DNA from: Eledone cirrhosa
Lineage: Eukaryota
Length of the DNA stretch: 64,000 nt
Direction of reading: 5' to 3'
Assembly: GCA_964016885.1 (NCBI GenBank)
Contig: OZ024741.1
Coordinates: forward strand, 300,390,001 to 300,454,000
The position numbers and the translations under genes are program-made. The notes below the pieces were generated by a model. It worked only from the letters and a program-made list of their open reading frames with translations, searched no databases and was not told the origin of the DNA. Shown one piece after another: positions 38,188 to 48,752 of the stretch (the stretch's first letter is position 1; each line of letters opens with the position of its first letter).

Positions 38188-41100
38188 TACCTGCAGCCTC
38201 AGATATTCAGGACGTATCGGAGGGTTCTTGCTGTTCCCAGCAAGCATGCCTTTTAAAGTGTTCCAAAAAACGGGGCTGGACTAATCTTCTTTAACCATCC
38301 TTGAAAGCTCTTTGGGATAGTACCTAGTGCGCCTATGACAATCAGTACGACCTTGTCTTCATGGCAGTTCCAAATCCTTTTTACCTCCCAATTTAAGTCC
38401 TGGTATCGGTTAATGTTCTCCCTCTCATTTTCTTGTACTCTCGTGTCAAATGGGCAGGCTACATCTACAATCAGGCACGATCTCATTTCTTTGTCCAAAA
38501 CCACCAGGTCAGGTCTATTGTGTTCTAATTTATTGTCCGTCTGTATCCTAAAATACCATAGCACCTTCACCTGATCGTTTTCTATCACCGACTCTGGCTT
38601 ATCCTCATACCAATTCTCAAAATATGGTAAATTGTTTACTTAACATAGGTGCCAGTGGATCACCCTGCCCATCACATCATGTCTCCAGCCTTTATAGTGA
38701 GTCTGGGCTAGATGTTTACACTTGGATACAATGTGAGCCACAGTCTCCTCTCTCTCTCCACAGATCCTACACAGTGAGCTAGCCTCGTCCTTGTAGATAT
38801 GGTGTTTCACCCACTTCGTTCTGAGGGCCTGCTCTTGCGCAGCCATTTGCGTTCCTTCTGCAGCCCTCTTTTTAAACAGTTCCGTGTCTGTGGTTTTCTA
38901 AGTTCAGTTTTCTTAAAGAAGGTACTATGAAGGGATTTTTAATGAAGGTTGCTCTTCTTCCCTGTTGTTATTTCCTCCTTGGACATCCCCTGGTCTATTG
39001 TCTTCTACTTCAGTACAATTTTGAGCATTGGCTCCTAACTGTCAATCACGTATTTTTACAGGTTGTTTTTCTCCATCTGAATACATTCCTGTATGCTGAT
39101 AAGACCTCTTCCACCTTCAGATCTCTTTAAGTAGAATCTATCGACATCACTCCTCTTGTGGAACATGTTGTAGATAGTCAATAGCTTCCTAGTCTTCTTA
39201 TCCATTTCTTTTTGTTCAGCAATATTCCATTTCAGAATTCCCGCACCGTACCTAATAATAGACACAGCTCGGGAATTCACTGCGCTTATGACATTCCTAC
39301 TATTTCGATGTGATTTAATACGCTCCTTACTCTCCTTAGATACTCAGATCTTATCGATTCCTTCATCCTTGATGTCATCTGCCTCCAGAACACCTAAATA
39401 TTTGTATCCTTCTTCAGTGTCAATTTTCTTTTTTCATATCACCTGTTGGTACCTGGATTCCGTTGCTTCTGCTTAATTTGCCCTCTTCATCACTAGGACA
39501 CCACACTTCTTAATACCAAATTCCATATCTATATCATTACTCAAAATACGGACAGTGTCAACAGGTACATCCAACTCCTTCTCACACTTGCCAAAGAGTT
39601 TAATATCGTCCATGAAGAGGAGGTGGTTGATGGTAAGCTCTCCTTTTCCCAACTTGTATCCTGCTCTCACTTTTCGCAATATAACGGTATCACGGCAACG
39701 ACAAACAGCAGAGGGGACAAAGTATCTCCCTGGAAGATAGCTCTCTTGATCTTCACGCCACCCTAGGATTCTCCACCCGATGTTACCTCCATTTCCCAGG
39801 ACTTCATTCTTTTGCTCCACAACTGTCTGATGTTATCTGCCACCTTGACGATCTCTAGGCTTTTGGTTATCCAAGAATGAGTTACCATGTCGAATGCTTT
39901 TTTGTAATCTATTCATCCCATGGCAAGACCAGTGTGTCTCCTCTTGCAATTCCTCATTACCATCTTATCAATAAGTAACTGGTCTTTTGTACCACGGGAC
40001 TTCTTTCGGCACCCTTTCTGTTCGTCCGGTAACAAGTTGTTTATGTGGAGGTGATGGTAGATTTCCTCAGACACAATGCTTGTTACGGACAGACATGTGA
40101 TAGGCCTAATGTTGGTAACATCATTACCCTTGATTCGGTCTTTCATTGCCAGAACTGTGGTACTTTTTGTCAACCACTCTGGTATCTCATCCGACATCAA
40201 GCAGTCATTGAACATGGCTGTCATTATCGGGTGGAGGGATGTTATATTTTTCCTCCAATACACTTGCACACCATCTGGGCCTGGTGATTTCCAGTTGGTT
40301 AGGTTTTTGGCCTGCCCTTTAAGAGTTTCAACTGTGATACTCAAATCAGGTTGTTGGTGTGCTTGTTCACTAATCTACTTTTGAACTGTTTCAATCCACT
40401 CTGCCTGACTATTATGTTCCACATCCTGCTCCCACATTCCTCTCCAGAATGTCTTAGTCTGTTCCGCCTCAGCAAACAAGTCGTTGCCTCTTTCTTTCCC
40501 TTGAAGCTGTCCAAACAACATCTGTTTGTTGTCAAACATGCGGTTCTGTCTATACTGACTCACTCTGTTCTCATATCGCCTATTTCCCCCTAGTTTTGTA
40601 CTTTATTTCAAATCTATCTTTAGTGCCTGTATTGTGTTTTGTAATGTCCCATTTAGTAAGGACTCAAGCTTTCCAATGTCATTTCTCATATCCCTGATTT
40701 GACCACTCAGTCGTTTCTTCCAACAAGGTTCTGATATTTCTTGTTTGTTGTTTCCTCTCGATTTTATGCCAAGTAATTTCCTCACCGCATTTGCTGTTGC
40801 TTTGAGGATATTATTTCATTGGTGAAGGTTCCTCGCCTCAAGGTATGGGATGACATTGTTTACCTTAGCTGTTGTTTCTTTTAACTTTTTCCTGTCTACA
40901 AATCTTAGATTCATAGGTTTTCCACTATCATTGTTCATTTCATCTACCACTAAGTTCAGAATATCAACCAAATCTTGTCCTAGCTCGTCAGCATTCATTT
41001 CCTCAATGGCCGTATCTTTGTTCCAGATGTTATGTATTTCACCATTCAGATCATTGTCTATCAACCTCTTCACGTTCATTTCCCACTGGCTCGTTTGCCT

Positions 41101-41272
41101 GACATACTCCACTCTCCATTTCCAACTGAATCTCTCTGCTCAGTTCCTCCAGTTCCAACTTGCTTATTCATCCATTAGTTCTTATTACCCGAGCCTGCCC
41201 GGCCAATTTTTATTCATCTAATTTAAATAGACCAATCTCGCTCCAGATGTCATGCATCCGTCTCCTATAGCC
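38188..41272 (-). mobile_element. RLE family 1, older degenerate copy 3 (5'-truncated)
   Basis: Fragmented ORFs are collinear with copy 1; (TAA)n flanks. Confidence 0.88.
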
Positions 41273-41514
41273 TTATTATTGTTATTATTATTATTATTAT
41301 TGAATGCCATGGTTGACGGAGGCTCGGCTCTGTAAGGTATAGTAATTTTTAACCGTTAAAACAATTGTAAATTGTTTAAAACTTGAACCAAATTGTTGAT
41401 AAAGACACCCTCCTCCTCGTGAGAGGGGTCTTTCTGTCCGTTATTTGGCCCTTCGGGGTTAAATAACCAGTTATTGGGGTTTTGTACCCAAAATTTCATT
41501 TTAAACAAAAAAAC

Positions 41515-43612
41515 ATGGCTACCAAAAAGAAATTTCATACGTCACTCCCACTCATTCCGTCTTCTTCTTCCTCAATCATCACTACAGCAGAGAGAAGATT
41601 GTCTCTCTCCCTCCCTTCTTTAAATGTGTCTCTCTCCCTCCCTTCTCTTTCGCAAGCGACGAAAGAAAAGAAAAGTCTCGTGCAAAGCGTGCAAGGTTTC
41701 TCCACGACGACGACGACAGCGACGAAACAGGTGTGCGGGAAATACGAAAACCCAGTTCATTCGTCTGACGTCAGGAATAATAGCAGTAGCAGCCGTAATA
41801 ACAACAGCAACAGTGACAATGAAAACAACAGTAGCAGCCGCAACAGCATCACCAGCAGCATAAACAACAACAGCATTAGCAGCAGCAACACCAACAACAA
41901 CCACAGCAACAGCGGCGGAGGCAGTAGTCGTAGTACCTGCAGCAACAACAAAAGTACCAGCAGCTCTGACGACAACAACAACAGCAGAGAAAAACCAATC
42001 TCATTTGCAGGTATTGCGAAAAACCTGGAAACAATCCTCATAACAAATGAGGAATTAGAGGAAGCGAAGAAGATGGTGACAAAGAACGGACACCGAGCAA
42101 TCTGCAAGGCAGCGAAAAATTTTTTCGAAACCCAAGAGCACTGTACGGTCACGTACCGTACAGTAAGTACAAAATCCCGTAGGGTGGAAAGAGCCACAGA
42201 GGCCCAAATACAAAAAGCCTTGGGGTCTGTGTGGCAGAGGAAAACGCACATCACCCGAGGCAAAAAAATACGCCACCGTAGACGTACTTTTTGCCACACC
42301 CCAGGAGGCAAAGGCCCAATCAGTAGTGACCCTAAGGAGCGAGGAAATGGTGTTGGTGCCCTCCTACTGCGGGCAAAAAATTGTGAGGGTCAAACTGACC
42401 CACGTCCCTCCCGGAATGACCCCTTCTTGGCTGGCCGCGTCTGTCCTCGTCGGAATCGAGGACAAAACAACTGTACTGCAAGTACAGAAAAAAGTAAGAG
42501 AAGATTGGGTCGGCTCCTCCATTGAGATGCTAATCCAAACCAACCAGGAGTGCATCGAAGCTATCCCGGATGTGATAGACTTCGATAACGGCACTCAACT
42601 GCCCATAAGTGTTGAGGGCAAACGCCCGAAATGCTTTCGCTGTGGATCGAAGACTCACCTCAGGGCCTTCTGCAACGAGAAGACCATGAGAAAGGAGAAA
42701 ACCCCCCTCCTCCCGAATCCGGTTCCACGGCTACCAGCAACAGGACAAGCGGCAACCAGGAATGATAGGTCCGTGGCACCCATACCCACTCCACGGAAAT
42801 CAAAGACAGCAGCAGCAGTGGAAATATTAACAACAACAACAGCAATACCAAATGCAGCTGCAACAGAGACTCCAGTGCAAACATCACCAACAACAACAAG
42901 TGAAAGAGTGGAGCTGGTACCCCTCCCCGACCTTACAGAATCAGACATGGAGTGTGAGGTGGGAGAGGGATGGCAAAAGGTCTCAAGAAGGCACAAACGC
43001 AGAAGCAGCGCATCGTCGCCTTTGAAAAGGGAGGAAAGAAATGAGAAAAGGGTAAAGTCTACTGCAAAGAGACCCACAGCAGCAACACCACCAACACCAT
43101 CACCACCCACACCAGCACCACCATCACCACCGGCAACAACCCCACCGCCAACAACACCTTCAACACCACCACCACAAGCACCAACATCGCAAACACAACA
43201 ACAAAACACACACACCCAGCAACAACGACAAGAAAATAGCAGAACCACACCCCACCCCCAGAAAAACAAATGCACGGCAATAAACACACACAACAAGAAA
43301 CTAATGACTTACATAATTGAACACACAGACATTTCACAACAGGACTACATAATACCAGCACCAATCAAAACGCCAACTAACATAAGACTGCTAAAAATAG
43401 CACAGAAACAATACACAAACATTAAAACGAAATTCCCCAACGCAGTTGGTGATTTCAGGGACCTAGGAGGAACCATTAATCGAAGAGTATATTCAGACAT
43501 TCTCTTAGAAGAGCCGACGACCAGCCGAAGGGACGATTCAACGGTCCCTTCACCAGACGATCAAGTGAAAAGGGATGTAAAAACCATCCCTCCTCTACCA
43601 AAAGTACGGTAA
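41515..43612 (+). pseudogene. Tx1 ORF1 with one +1 frameshift in an A7 run (42262-42268); CCHC knuckle CFRCGSKTHLRAFC
   Basis: Removing one A restores GKKYATVDVLF, which matches copy A GQKYGTVDVFF, and joins the two ORF pieces. Confidence 0.82.
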
Positions 43613-43647
43613 GTGGTCTTTCCCATCTTTTCCACTCTATTTTAAAC

Positions 43648-46600
43648 ATGACCTCACTCAGAATAGGCAGCATAAATGCGCGTGGCTTGGGGTCGTCATG
43701 GAAGCAGGGTCACCTGCTCAACGACCTCAGGTCACTAAACATAGATGTAGTGGCCATCAGCGAGACCAGAATCTCCGAAGCACGGGCCTTCGCACCGATC
43801 TTCGGCGGCTACGATGTGTACGCATCTCCCAGCCGTCCTGGATCCGGTGGAGGAATTGCTGTGCTTTTTCGGAGAGGTTTGGATCTCGCCATACGGGCCA
43901 TCTTCCTGGACCCAGAGGGTAAGCTGGTGGTGCTGGACGTGACCAGCAGAGACGGGCAAGCTTTCAGGCTAGTGGCCGTCTATGCCCCGACAGGAGCAGG
44001 GCGGCCTGATTTCTTCCGGCGTCTGGAGACCTTTCTTGGAACGTCCCGCTCTTTAGTGTTAGTGGGCGACTGGAACGGGATCTTAGATGCACGCTGGGAC
44101 TGTGTGGGATTAGCGGATAGGGGTGGAGGGTGCAAGAGCCTCACCAACCTGCTCAGGCGTTTTGAACTGTCTGACAGGTACCGATTGGATTTCCCGAATG
44201 TGCCAATGTGGACTTGGACAAACCGCATAGGGTCATCCAGATCATATCTAGATAGAGTATTTTGTAGGGAAATAGATAGGTCTAGCATAGGCTGTCCACA
44301 ATTCAAGATAGTCAGCTACACGGACCACAAATTCGTGACCTGTGTGCTTGACTTAGATAGGCTTCATAGACGAGGACCCGGCTACTGGAAGCTAAACGCG
44401 TCCTTACCAGCGCGCAAGGCCTACAGAGACCGGATTAGCGAACTAGTTAAGCGGGCGTTGACGGGGGCCATCGTCAACAACAAGTGGTGGTTTGCTCTGA
44501 AAAGAGCGATTAGAATAGAATCGATTAGGTTTAGTAAGGCTTTAGCAATAGAGAAAAATAGAGCAGAGGGAGAACTAGTTAGAAAATTAGACGAGGCGCT
44601 TAGCAAAGGCATTGCGACCGACGTGCTTGCGGCGAAATTGGCCCTTGACCAATTCTTCAATGCAAAGCACGAAGGCTGCGTTGTCAGAGCTAGGGTGCGT
44701 GCTCTCAGACACGAGGGGACGAAAGCCGTTCAATGGGCCCGAGTGGCGGAGGCGCGTCGTGGCAACAAAGCCACGATCCGGTCTTTGGTGGACCACGACG
44801 GGCGCATGCTACTCGATCCCGGGCAAATGTGTGAAGCTTTTCAGCGACACTTCGCTCAGCTGTTCGGGGGCAGCGGGGGGCCGGGTAGAGGGATGGACTT
44901 TAGTGTCTACCTCGACGGACTGCCGCGGCTCTCGGCCACTGAGGCGAAGTGTTGCGAAAAGCCGATAACAGCCGCTGAAGTACGGGAGGCAATGACTGGC
45001 TGCACAAGGGGTAAATCGCCTGGTTTGGATGGTCTGCCCTATGAACTTTACGTACAGATGCCAGACTTGTTCGGAGGCCTCTTGGCGGACGTCTACTGCA
45101 ACTGGCAACAGAACGGGAGAATTCCCAGTTCTGTGAGCCGAGGAGCGGTGGCACTGCTGAGAAAGGATCCGAACAAGGGGGATAACATAGACAATTTCCG
45201 GCCCATAACTCTGCTAAACACAGAGTTTAAGATTTTGGCCAAGGTGCTAGCAAAGAGGTTGGCGCTTGTCGTTGGTGGTCTGGTGGGAGAGGCGCAGACA
45301 TGCGCCATTCCCGACAGATCCATCCACGACAACCTCCACCTCATGCGATACATCGTAGAGAGGGTAGCTAGGGAACCTGGCACGGGTGGGTCCTTGATCA
45401 ATTTAGATCAGTCGAAAGCTTTCGATAGGGTCGACCATCGTTACCTAGCGGCAGTCCTGAGGGCGGCTGGCTTTGGGCCCGTCTTCAGAGGCTGGATCGC
45501 TGCCATGCACAGCGACATCTGCTCTGTGGTGAGAGTGAACGGTCACCTGTCGGAACCGTTCAACATCATGCGCTCGGTCCGCCAAGGATGTCCCCTCTCG
45601 TCCCTCTTGTACGTATTGACTCTCGAGCCATTACTGCACAAACTGGAGACGTTGAGGGGAGTCCCGCGCGAACTAGGATGCGGAAGATCCGTGTCAGCAT
45701 ATGCGGACGATGTCACTGTAGTGGTGTCGAACGCCAAACACATCGAGGCGATCGGCACTACACTAAGAGAATACGAAGCGGTGACAGGAGCAATGATCAA
45801 CCAGGAAAAGTCAGTGGGCCTGCAGCTCGGCACCTGGAGAGGCAGGTCCATGCCGTCCAACAGCGTCGTCGGGCGCTGGACGGACGGACCGGTTAAATTG
45901 CTAGGGGTCTGGTTCGGTCCGGACCTCCAGACGGACAAAAACTGGGACGAGGTGACGAGCAGGGTGGTTTCTCTCACCCAGAAATGGGCGGAGAGGAAGC
46001 TATCCCTGAAAGGTCGAGCGGAGGTGGCTAACGTGTACATCGCGTCTGTCATCTGCTACCGCCTAACCGTCGTACCTTGTCCTAAGCCTCGCCTGACTGC
46101 GCTGGAGCGTTTGCTCTTTCGCTTTTTGTGGAAGGGACGTGCTCCGATGGTCAGGCGGTCCATCTGTTGTCAACACCCGCTGCGTGGAGGGCTGGGCATG
46201 CCGTGGCTGATGATGCGCAGGCACGCGCTCAGGCTACGACATCTCCACCTCTTCCTCGACGGTGATCAGGTGTGGTCGCCGTTTGCTAGACGCGTTTTTC
46301 CCCAGCTCGTTTCCTTGACGGAGCTGCAGTCCTGGGTCAAGCGAAGACCGAGAGGGAGCGCCTGGAGACTGGAATGTCTTCAGGCGCTCACAGCCCTCGA
46401 CCAATCGGGCAATGTGATCGGTGGAAACTCCACCTCGGCGTTCTATAGAGGATTAGTGGAGGGGAAGAGCGACGACGTACTTGGGGAAACTCTAGGCGTC
46501 GACGAAAATCAACTAGCCAATCTCTTCGGAAGAACTTTCGGGCCAGGGCCTATGGACAACTTCCAGAAATCTCTGGCCTGGCAGTGCTACCGAGGAGCCT

Positions 46601-47067
46601 TGCCAGTTCGGGATAAACTCTACAGGCATGGAGGTGCCGTCAGCCGGGCATGTCCGAGATGCGCGCAGGGCGACGAAACCGTCCTGCACGCACTCGTCCA
46701 GTGTCCGAAAATTGCTGACTTGTGGGTTTATGTCGAACACCTGCTGTCGCGTTTAGGACGGATCCAGCTATCATCTGAGTCTATCGTGAGGATTGCCCCG
46801 CCCTCCTCCTTTAGCCGGGAAGGGCAGGCAGTTTTTATCTGTCTGGTGGCCATGGCGAAAGAGATAGTATGGTGGACACGTTTGAAAGGGCTGAAGACGA
46901 GCACTTACCTCTTCGGTGATGCTCTGATTGACTTTTTCAAATTTCATTTGAAAAGGAAAATCAGAGTAGAGAAGGAAGTGCTCTCTTCCCAGCATTTTGT
47001 TGAAAGATGGGTGAGAGAAGCAAGAATGGCCCGAGTGAATGGGCCGACTCTGAGTATATATCTGTAA
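43648..47067 (+). CDS. Tx1 ORF2: APE endonuclease, reverse transcriptase and C-terminal zinc finger (1139 aa, intact)
   Basis: SINARG/ISET/GDWN/YLDR/YTDH APE motifs; KSPGLDG, FRPITLLN, DQSKAFD, RQGCPLS and AYADD RT motifs; CPRC..ETVLHALVQC. Confidence 0.95.
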   Translation: MTSLRIGSINARGLGSSWKQGHLLNDLRSLNIDVVAISETRISEARAFAPIFGGYDVYASPSRPGSGGGIAVLFRRGLDLAIRAIFLDPEGKLVVLDVTSRDGQAFRLVAVYAPTGAGRPDFFRRLETFLGTSRSLVLVGDWNGILDARWDCVGLADRGGGCKSLTNLLRRFELSDRYRLDFPNVPMWTWTNRIGSSRSYLDRVFCREIDRSSIGCPQFKIVSYTDHKFVTCVLDLDRLHRRGPGYWKLNASLPARKAYRDRISELVKRALTGAIVNNKWWFALKRAIRIESIRFSKALAIEKNRAEGELVRKLDEALSKGIATDVLAAKLALDQFFNAKHEGCVVRARVRALRHEGTKAVQWARVAEARRGNKATIRSLVDHDGRMLLDPGQMCEAFQRHFAQLFGGSGGPGRGMDFSVYLDGLPRLSATEAKCCEKPITAAEVREAMTGCTRGKSPGLDGLPYELYVQMPDLFGGLLADVYCNWQQNGRIPSSVSRGAVALLRKDPNKGDNIDNFRPITLLNTEFKILAKVLAKRLALVVGGLVGEAQTCAIPDRSIHDNLHLMRYIVERVAREPGTGGSLINLDQSKAFDRVDHRYLAAVLRAAGFGPVFRGWIAAMHSDICSVVRVNGHLSEPFNIMRSVRQGCPLSSLLYVLTLEPLLHKLETLRGVPRELGCGRSVSAYADDVTVVVSNAKHIEAIGTTLREYEAVTGAMINQEKSVGLQLGTWRGRSMPSNSVVGRWTDGPVKLLGVWFGPDLQTDKNWDEVTSRVVSLTQKWAERKLSLKGRAEVANVYIASVICYRLTVVPCPKPRLTALERLLFRFLWKGRAPMVRRSICCQHPLRGGLGMPWLMMRRHALRLRHLHLFLDGDQVWSPFARRVFPQLVSLTELQSWVKRRPRGSAWRLECLQALTALDQSGNVIGGNSTSAFYRGLVEGKSDDVLGETLGVDENQLANLFGRTFGPGPMDNFQKSLAWQCYRGALPVRDKLYRHGGAVSRACPRCAQGDETVLHALVQCPKIADLWVYVEHLLSRLGRIQLSSESIVRIAPPSSFSREGQAVFICLVAMAKEIVWWTRLKGLKTSTYLFGDALIDFFKFHLKRKIRVEKEVLSSQHFVERWVREARMARVNGPTLSIYL

Positions 47068-47326
47068 ACTAAAGGTGGAAAACTGGGAGAGGGCACTTGC
47101 CTTGGTGGTCAGGGTCATTGTGGCTTTTTACTGGGCTTTCTCCACAAATGTCCCTCCGAAGTCTCCCCCCTATTGGGGAATTTTTCATTGTTATTTTCAT
47201 TGTTATTTTTGTTACATCCTCTGTTTTTGTTTTTTACACGCAGAAATGCCCATTTGTACCGTCCTGCATTGTCCTGCACTGTCCTTAATGTCTACTTTAT
47301 GTAAACCCTTGTGGTTAATAAAGAAA

Positions 47327-47382
<56 letters not shown>

Positions 47383-47384
<2 letters not shown>

Positions 47385-48727
47385 AGTTGCATTTATCTTG
47401 CTTTATGTTCATACGAGTTATCACCAAGTCACAACCAGTGACCTCAAGAGACAACAAGGTCCGCCATGTTCAAGAAAGAACATACATACTCACACATGCA
47501 TCTTTAGTGTTTAGACTTGTGATTTACTTTTAATCAGGCACGATCTTTTTTCTTTGTCCAGAACCACCAGGTCAGGTCTATTGTGTTCCAGTTTCTTGTC
47601 CGTCTGTATCCTAAAATCCCACAGCACCTTCACCTGATCGTTCTCCATCACCGCCTCTGGCCTATGCTCATACCATTTCTCAGAATGTGGTAAATTGTTT
47701 ACTTTGCACAGGTGCCAGTGGATCACCCTGCCCATCACATCATGTCTCCAGCCCTTATAGTGGGTCTGGGCTAGGTGTTTACACTCGGATACAATGTGAG
47801 CCACAGTCTCCTCTCTCTCTCCACAGATCCTGCACAGTGGGCTAGCCTCCTCCTTGTAAATATGGTGTTTCAACCACTTCGTTTTGAGGGCCTGCTACTG
47901 CACAGCCATTAACATTCCTTCTGTAGCCTTTTTGAGGTCTCCTCTTCTCAACCAGTTCCATGTCTGTGGATCTCTAAATTCAGTTTTCTCAAAGAAGGTA
48001 CTATGAAGGGATTTTCCCTGAAGGCTGCTCTTTCTCCTTGATGTTATTTCCTCCTTGGACATCCCCTGGCTTACTGTCCCCTCCTTCAGTACAGTTCTGA
48101 GCATTGGCTCCTTACTATCAGTCACGTATTTGTATAGGTTGTTTTTCTCCATCTGAACACAGTCCTCTATGCTGATAAGACCTCTTCCACCCTCAGATCT
48201 CCTTAGGTAGAGTCTATCGACATCACACCTCTTGTGGAACATGTTGTAGATAGTCAATAGCTTCCTAGTCTTCCTATTCATTTCTTTTTGTTCAGCAACA
48301 TTCCATCTCAGAGGAAGAAGAAGGAAAGGGGCCAGAACCAACGGGACGAAAGAATTGACTAGAACTGTTATGCAATGTTACCTGAAAAGTAACCCCAAGG
48401 AGAGGGGCTATAGGAGACGGATGCATAACATCTGGAACGAGATTGGTATATTTAAATTAGATGAACAAAAATTGGCCGGGCAGGCTCGGGTAATAAGAAC
48501 TAATGGGTGGATAAGCGTGCTGGAACTGGAGGAACTGAGCAGAGAGAATGGCTTGGAGATGGAGGGTGTAGTATGCCAGACAAACGAGCCAGTGGGAAAT
48601 AAAGGTGAAGAGGTCGAGAGAACGGAGGAACCACCCGAAGCAGACAATGATCTGAATACTGAGATAAATAATACCTGGAACAGAGATACGGCCACTGAGG
48701 AGATGAATGCTGACGGGCTAGGACAAC
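47383..48727. mobile_element. Chimera: family 2 3'UTR (-), family 1 internal fragment (47531-48311, -) and an inverted family 1 N-terminal fragment (48312-48727, +)
   Basis: Each part matches 52279-52415, 28950-29730 or 31555-31968 respectively. Confidence 0.85.
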
Positions 48728-48752
48728 AATTATTATTATTATTGTTGTTATT

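Larger units (their letters stand above)
41302..47327 (+). mobile_element. Tx1/L1-clade LINE, copy B, full length
   Basis: 5'UTR, ORF1, intact ORF2 and a 3'UTR ending in AATAAAGAAA; flanked by (TTA)n on both sides. Confidence 0.95.

Noticed and set aside
41401-41435. HDV-like ribozyme suggested by CTCCTCGT (L3-like)
   Set aside because: It folds as a simple hairpin; no P1.1, P4 or J4/2 could be built.
43605-43616. GTAAGT splice-donor-like motif before Tx1 ORF2
   Set aside because: It overlaps the ORF1 stop codon, which explains its conservation; there is no evidence for an acceptor.
43698-47118. Many antisense or alternate-frame ORFs repeated in several copies
   Set aside because: They are shadows of retrotransposon ORFs and recur only because the copies are near-identical.
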